From: Rhizophagus irregularis
Taxonomy: Eukaryota
Direction of reading: 5' to 3'
Assembly: GCF_026210795.1 (NCBI RefSeq)
Contig: NC_089430.1
Location: forward strand, 992,001-1,056,000
Length of the DNA stretch: 64,000 nt
The notes beneath the pieces are model-generated. The model did not search any database, was not told the origin of the DNA, and was given only the letters and a program-made list of their open reading frames with translations. Shown one piece after another: positions 61,702 through 64,000 of the stretch. Both the position numbers and the translations under genes were made by a program. Position 1 is the first letter of the stretch; every line of letters begins with the position of its first letter.

Positions 61702-62409
61702 TTATACGGAAGAAGGAGGATTACGAGAATTATCTCTATTTCTAAGCAAAACTATCATCCCTTCAGCCCTATGGTGTGCAGCATTTCTTTCCCGACGCAA
61801 CCTATTGCAATCTTCCTTCAAAGCTGAAATTTGCTGACGAAAAGCAAGATGTTCATTTACTCTCTCATTTTTAAGCCGTTGAATGAAATCGTCACATTCC
61901 TGGATATCATTCAACATAATTTCATTCTCGGTGACCAGTTGATACTGTTCGGAACTAGTAAGAGGAAGAGGAGGAGGAGCTTGTTGTTGTTCAACTAATT
62001 CGTCATGTGACGAAGCTTCTTGGAGTTGCTCCTGGAGCGACGATAATTGTTGTTGCAGTTGTTGAACTTGTTGTTGAAGTTCTTGTCGCACCTGAGATTC
62101 TTGAGAAGATTTTATAATCGAAAAATCTTCTCGGACTTGTACTTCCTCCTGAAGTTCTTGAACTTCTTGACGTAGTTGAATTATTTCTTCACGAAGTTCC
62201 CTGTTTTGAAGAAAAAATTCAGAGGCCACTCGAACTGCCCTTTGTGATAATTTTTGCGTTTCCTTTCCTTCTTCTTTTTCTTTCTTAGATTTGCGAACAA
62301 AAAACTGCTTATTATGGTTTTTTTGAGAACTACATTTATTTTTCTTTTTAGTTAGTCTGATACGTTCTCTTGGCGTAGATTTCTGGTTATTGTATTTTTT
62401 GTATACCAT
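61702..62409 (-). CDS. Antisense 235-aa basic/coiled-coil ORF inside the retrotransposon
   Basis: Long ATG-initiated ORF in AT-rich DNA; K/R-rich N-terminus and Q/E heptads. Confidence 0.7.
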   Translation of the reverse strand: MVYKKYNNQKSTPRERIRLTKKKNKCSSQKNHNKQFFVRKSKKEKEEGKETQKLSQRAVRVASEFFLQNRELREEIIQLRQEVQELQEEVQVREDFSIIKSSQESQVRQELQQQVQQLQQQLSSLQEQLQEASSHDELVEQQQAPPPLPLTSSEQYQLVTENEIMLNDIQECDDFIQRLKNERVNEHLAFRQQISALKEDCNRLRRERNAAHHRAEGMIVLLRNRDNSRNPPSSV

Positions 62410-62799
62410 GATGACGAGAAAAGAAAGGAGACGAGAAAAATCTTAATTAGGTTACCAGATTTTCAACATTTATGGAAAAAAAAAAAAAAAACTTACAACA
62501 ATTTTCTGATGATTTACCAGCCCATCCCGATCCCATAATTCATGATTTTCTTTTAAATTGATAATGAATTTCTTCCCAGAATCGATGTCACCCGTGTCCT
62601 GATCATTTGATAGCCACATTTGAGAAGGCTAATACCTTAGCTTTACATGGACTTTGGTTTGTGTCCCTTTCGAGGGCCTACTGTTTTGGTATTACATGGA
62701 TGACCAGTTTTTTTCATTTACTAGCGGGTTGGGAGTGAAGTGAAAAGAAAAGATAAAATTTATTTGGCTTTAATTATTTTTCGTGGGAACTCAAAATTT

Positions 62800-62810
62800 A
62801 GTGAGGGAGA
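62800..62810 (+). promoter_or_regulatory. Polypurine tract
   Basis: AGTGAGGGAGA just before the 3' LTR. Confidence 0.75.
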
Positions 62811-62812
62811 TT

Positions 62813-63305
62813 TGATAACGAAGATTATGGCGCAGTAAAAATCACGAGATTCAAAAATCAGATGATCAATTAGTAGATCAATCATTATGTAATCAAATAA
62901 TTTTGTAGATCTGATTAACGTTACAATTGTTATTTTTGTTATTTATATTATTTATGTTATTTTTATTATTTTTATTATTTCTTTTATTTATTACATTTAT
63001 TTTATTTACTTTATTTATTTTAGTTATATTATTTTCTTTATATTTTATTTTTATATAAATATCTTTTGATTTTTTTTAAGTTAAAGTGTGTGTCAGTGTG
63101 TCAGATAGATAGAAAATAGATAGTATAAGTTAGGGATTAACTTGTATTAACTATTTAATAAACTCTTATATTAAAAACGAACTGTGATTGTGTTATATTT
63201 TGCATATTGTGTTTTTGCGTGTCTTGCTGATATAAACTACGTTATAGCTATTGACTCCCTAACGTTTAGTTATAGTTGACAGAGTCTGAGACGGACCTGT
63301 TAACA
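62813..63305 (+). repeat. 3' LTR
   Basis: Near-identical to 54754-55245; followed by TSD CCGG. Confidence 0.97.
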
Positions 63306-63396
63306 CCGGGTAGGAATGCACATATTTGGAAAAAATATATTCAACAATTGAAGATTAGGTAACTATAAATTAGTACTCGATTTGATAGAACAAAAA

Positions 63397-64000
63397 ATGA
63401 CTGCCCAAACTAGCACTCAAGCTCAAGTTATCCCCAAGTTCGGTGAACAGAAGAAGGCTTTTAGTATTGATGAGCTTAAACGGCTCATTAACGCTGCTAA
63501 AAGTATGAGTGACCTTGATCAAGCTAAAGGTTATCTTTGCAGTTACTTTATCCCCTGCTCCAACCTGCATGGAGTCTTCATGTGGCGGTCAGAAATCAAA
63601 AACCTCGAGCACATCCCCGATAAAAATATTAGTAAACTTATCCGTCCAATTACCAAAGTCTTTTACACACAATCCGAACAAGGTCCCTCATAAAAGGTTG
63701 AATTTAATATTAACAAATGGTTTATGATCGAATATAGTACTGTATGTGTAGCTACCTATGACCCTCAAAAATCTCGTATCTTTAAACTAGGTGGCCAACT
63801 TTATCTCAATATCTTCCCAGGATTTCTCTATGTCCTGCGTCCGATATCCACTTTTGAGTCTACAACCCATCAGGCAGTTAAATTTATCTTCTTTCACATT
63901 CAAAATATCTGGTGTTCAGGCAATTGGAATCTTACTGAGTATATCATAAAGTGGTTGGCCAGTGTGGCAGCTGGAAGGAAAATGTATTCGATTCTCTACC
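63397..64000 (+). pseudogene. 5' part of D5-like (SF3) primase-helicase of element 3; stop at 63691
   Basis: Frame continues past TAA as ...LYLNIFPGF...HIQNIWCSGNWNLTEYIIKWLASVAAGRKMYSILY, resembling the region preceding Walker A in D5-like helicases. Walker A itself is beyond the window. Confidence 0.7.

Larger units (their letters stand above)
54754..63305 (+). mobile_element. Ty3/gypsy LTR retrotransposon (8.55 kb), recent insertion
   Basis: LTRs 54754-55245 and 62813-63305 (TG...CA; about 4 substitutions and 1 indel by eye). 4-bp TSD CCGG, PBS and PPT present, gene order PR-RT-RH-INT. Confidence 0.97.
53682..64000 (+). mobile_element. Polinton/Maverick-like element 3 (left end; interrupted by LTR retrotransposon; continues beyond window)
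   Basis: Left TIR 53682-54153 is the reverse complement of the element 2 right TIR. Followed by an ORF and the 5' part of a D5-like helicase gene. Confidence 0.8.

Overview
AT-rich, almost entirely transposon-derived eukaryotic DNA. It is inferred to come from an arbuscular mycorrhizal (Glomeromycotina, Rhizophagus-like) fungus, based on short GT-AG introns, a Crinkler-type pseudogene and the TE repertoire. The dominant feature is three co-oriented members of a Polinton/Maverick-like family. Element 1 spans <1-16205 and appears nested in the helicase gene of element 2, whose visible part is 16206-29048. Element 3 starts at ~53682 and runs off the window. The reconstructed gene order is: TIR, small ORF, D5-like primase-helicase with Pro/Glu tail, compact protein-primed-type PolB, ORF156, F-box protein, NPxTGR-motif protein, wHTH protein, A32-like packaging ATPase (-), coiled-coil ORF, retrotransposon-type Gag, aspartic protease, chromodomain integrase (-), DUF5679-like protein, TIR. 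No double-jelly-roll capsid or adenain-type protease is recognisable. A Gag/aspartic-protease module without reverse transcriptase sits next to the packaging ATPase instead, and this is the most unusual observation. Other content: a 4.0-kb non-autonomous CACTA inside the ATPase of element 1; a 14.5-kb composite CACTA with a Tnp2 transposase and two paralogous accessory genes; a young 8.5-kb Ty3/gypsy element with a detached integrase and extra ORFs inserted in element 3; several hAT/TA/ATAT MITEs (nested up to four deep); and a Crinkler pseudogene. All family assignments come from motif recognition by eye, not database searches.
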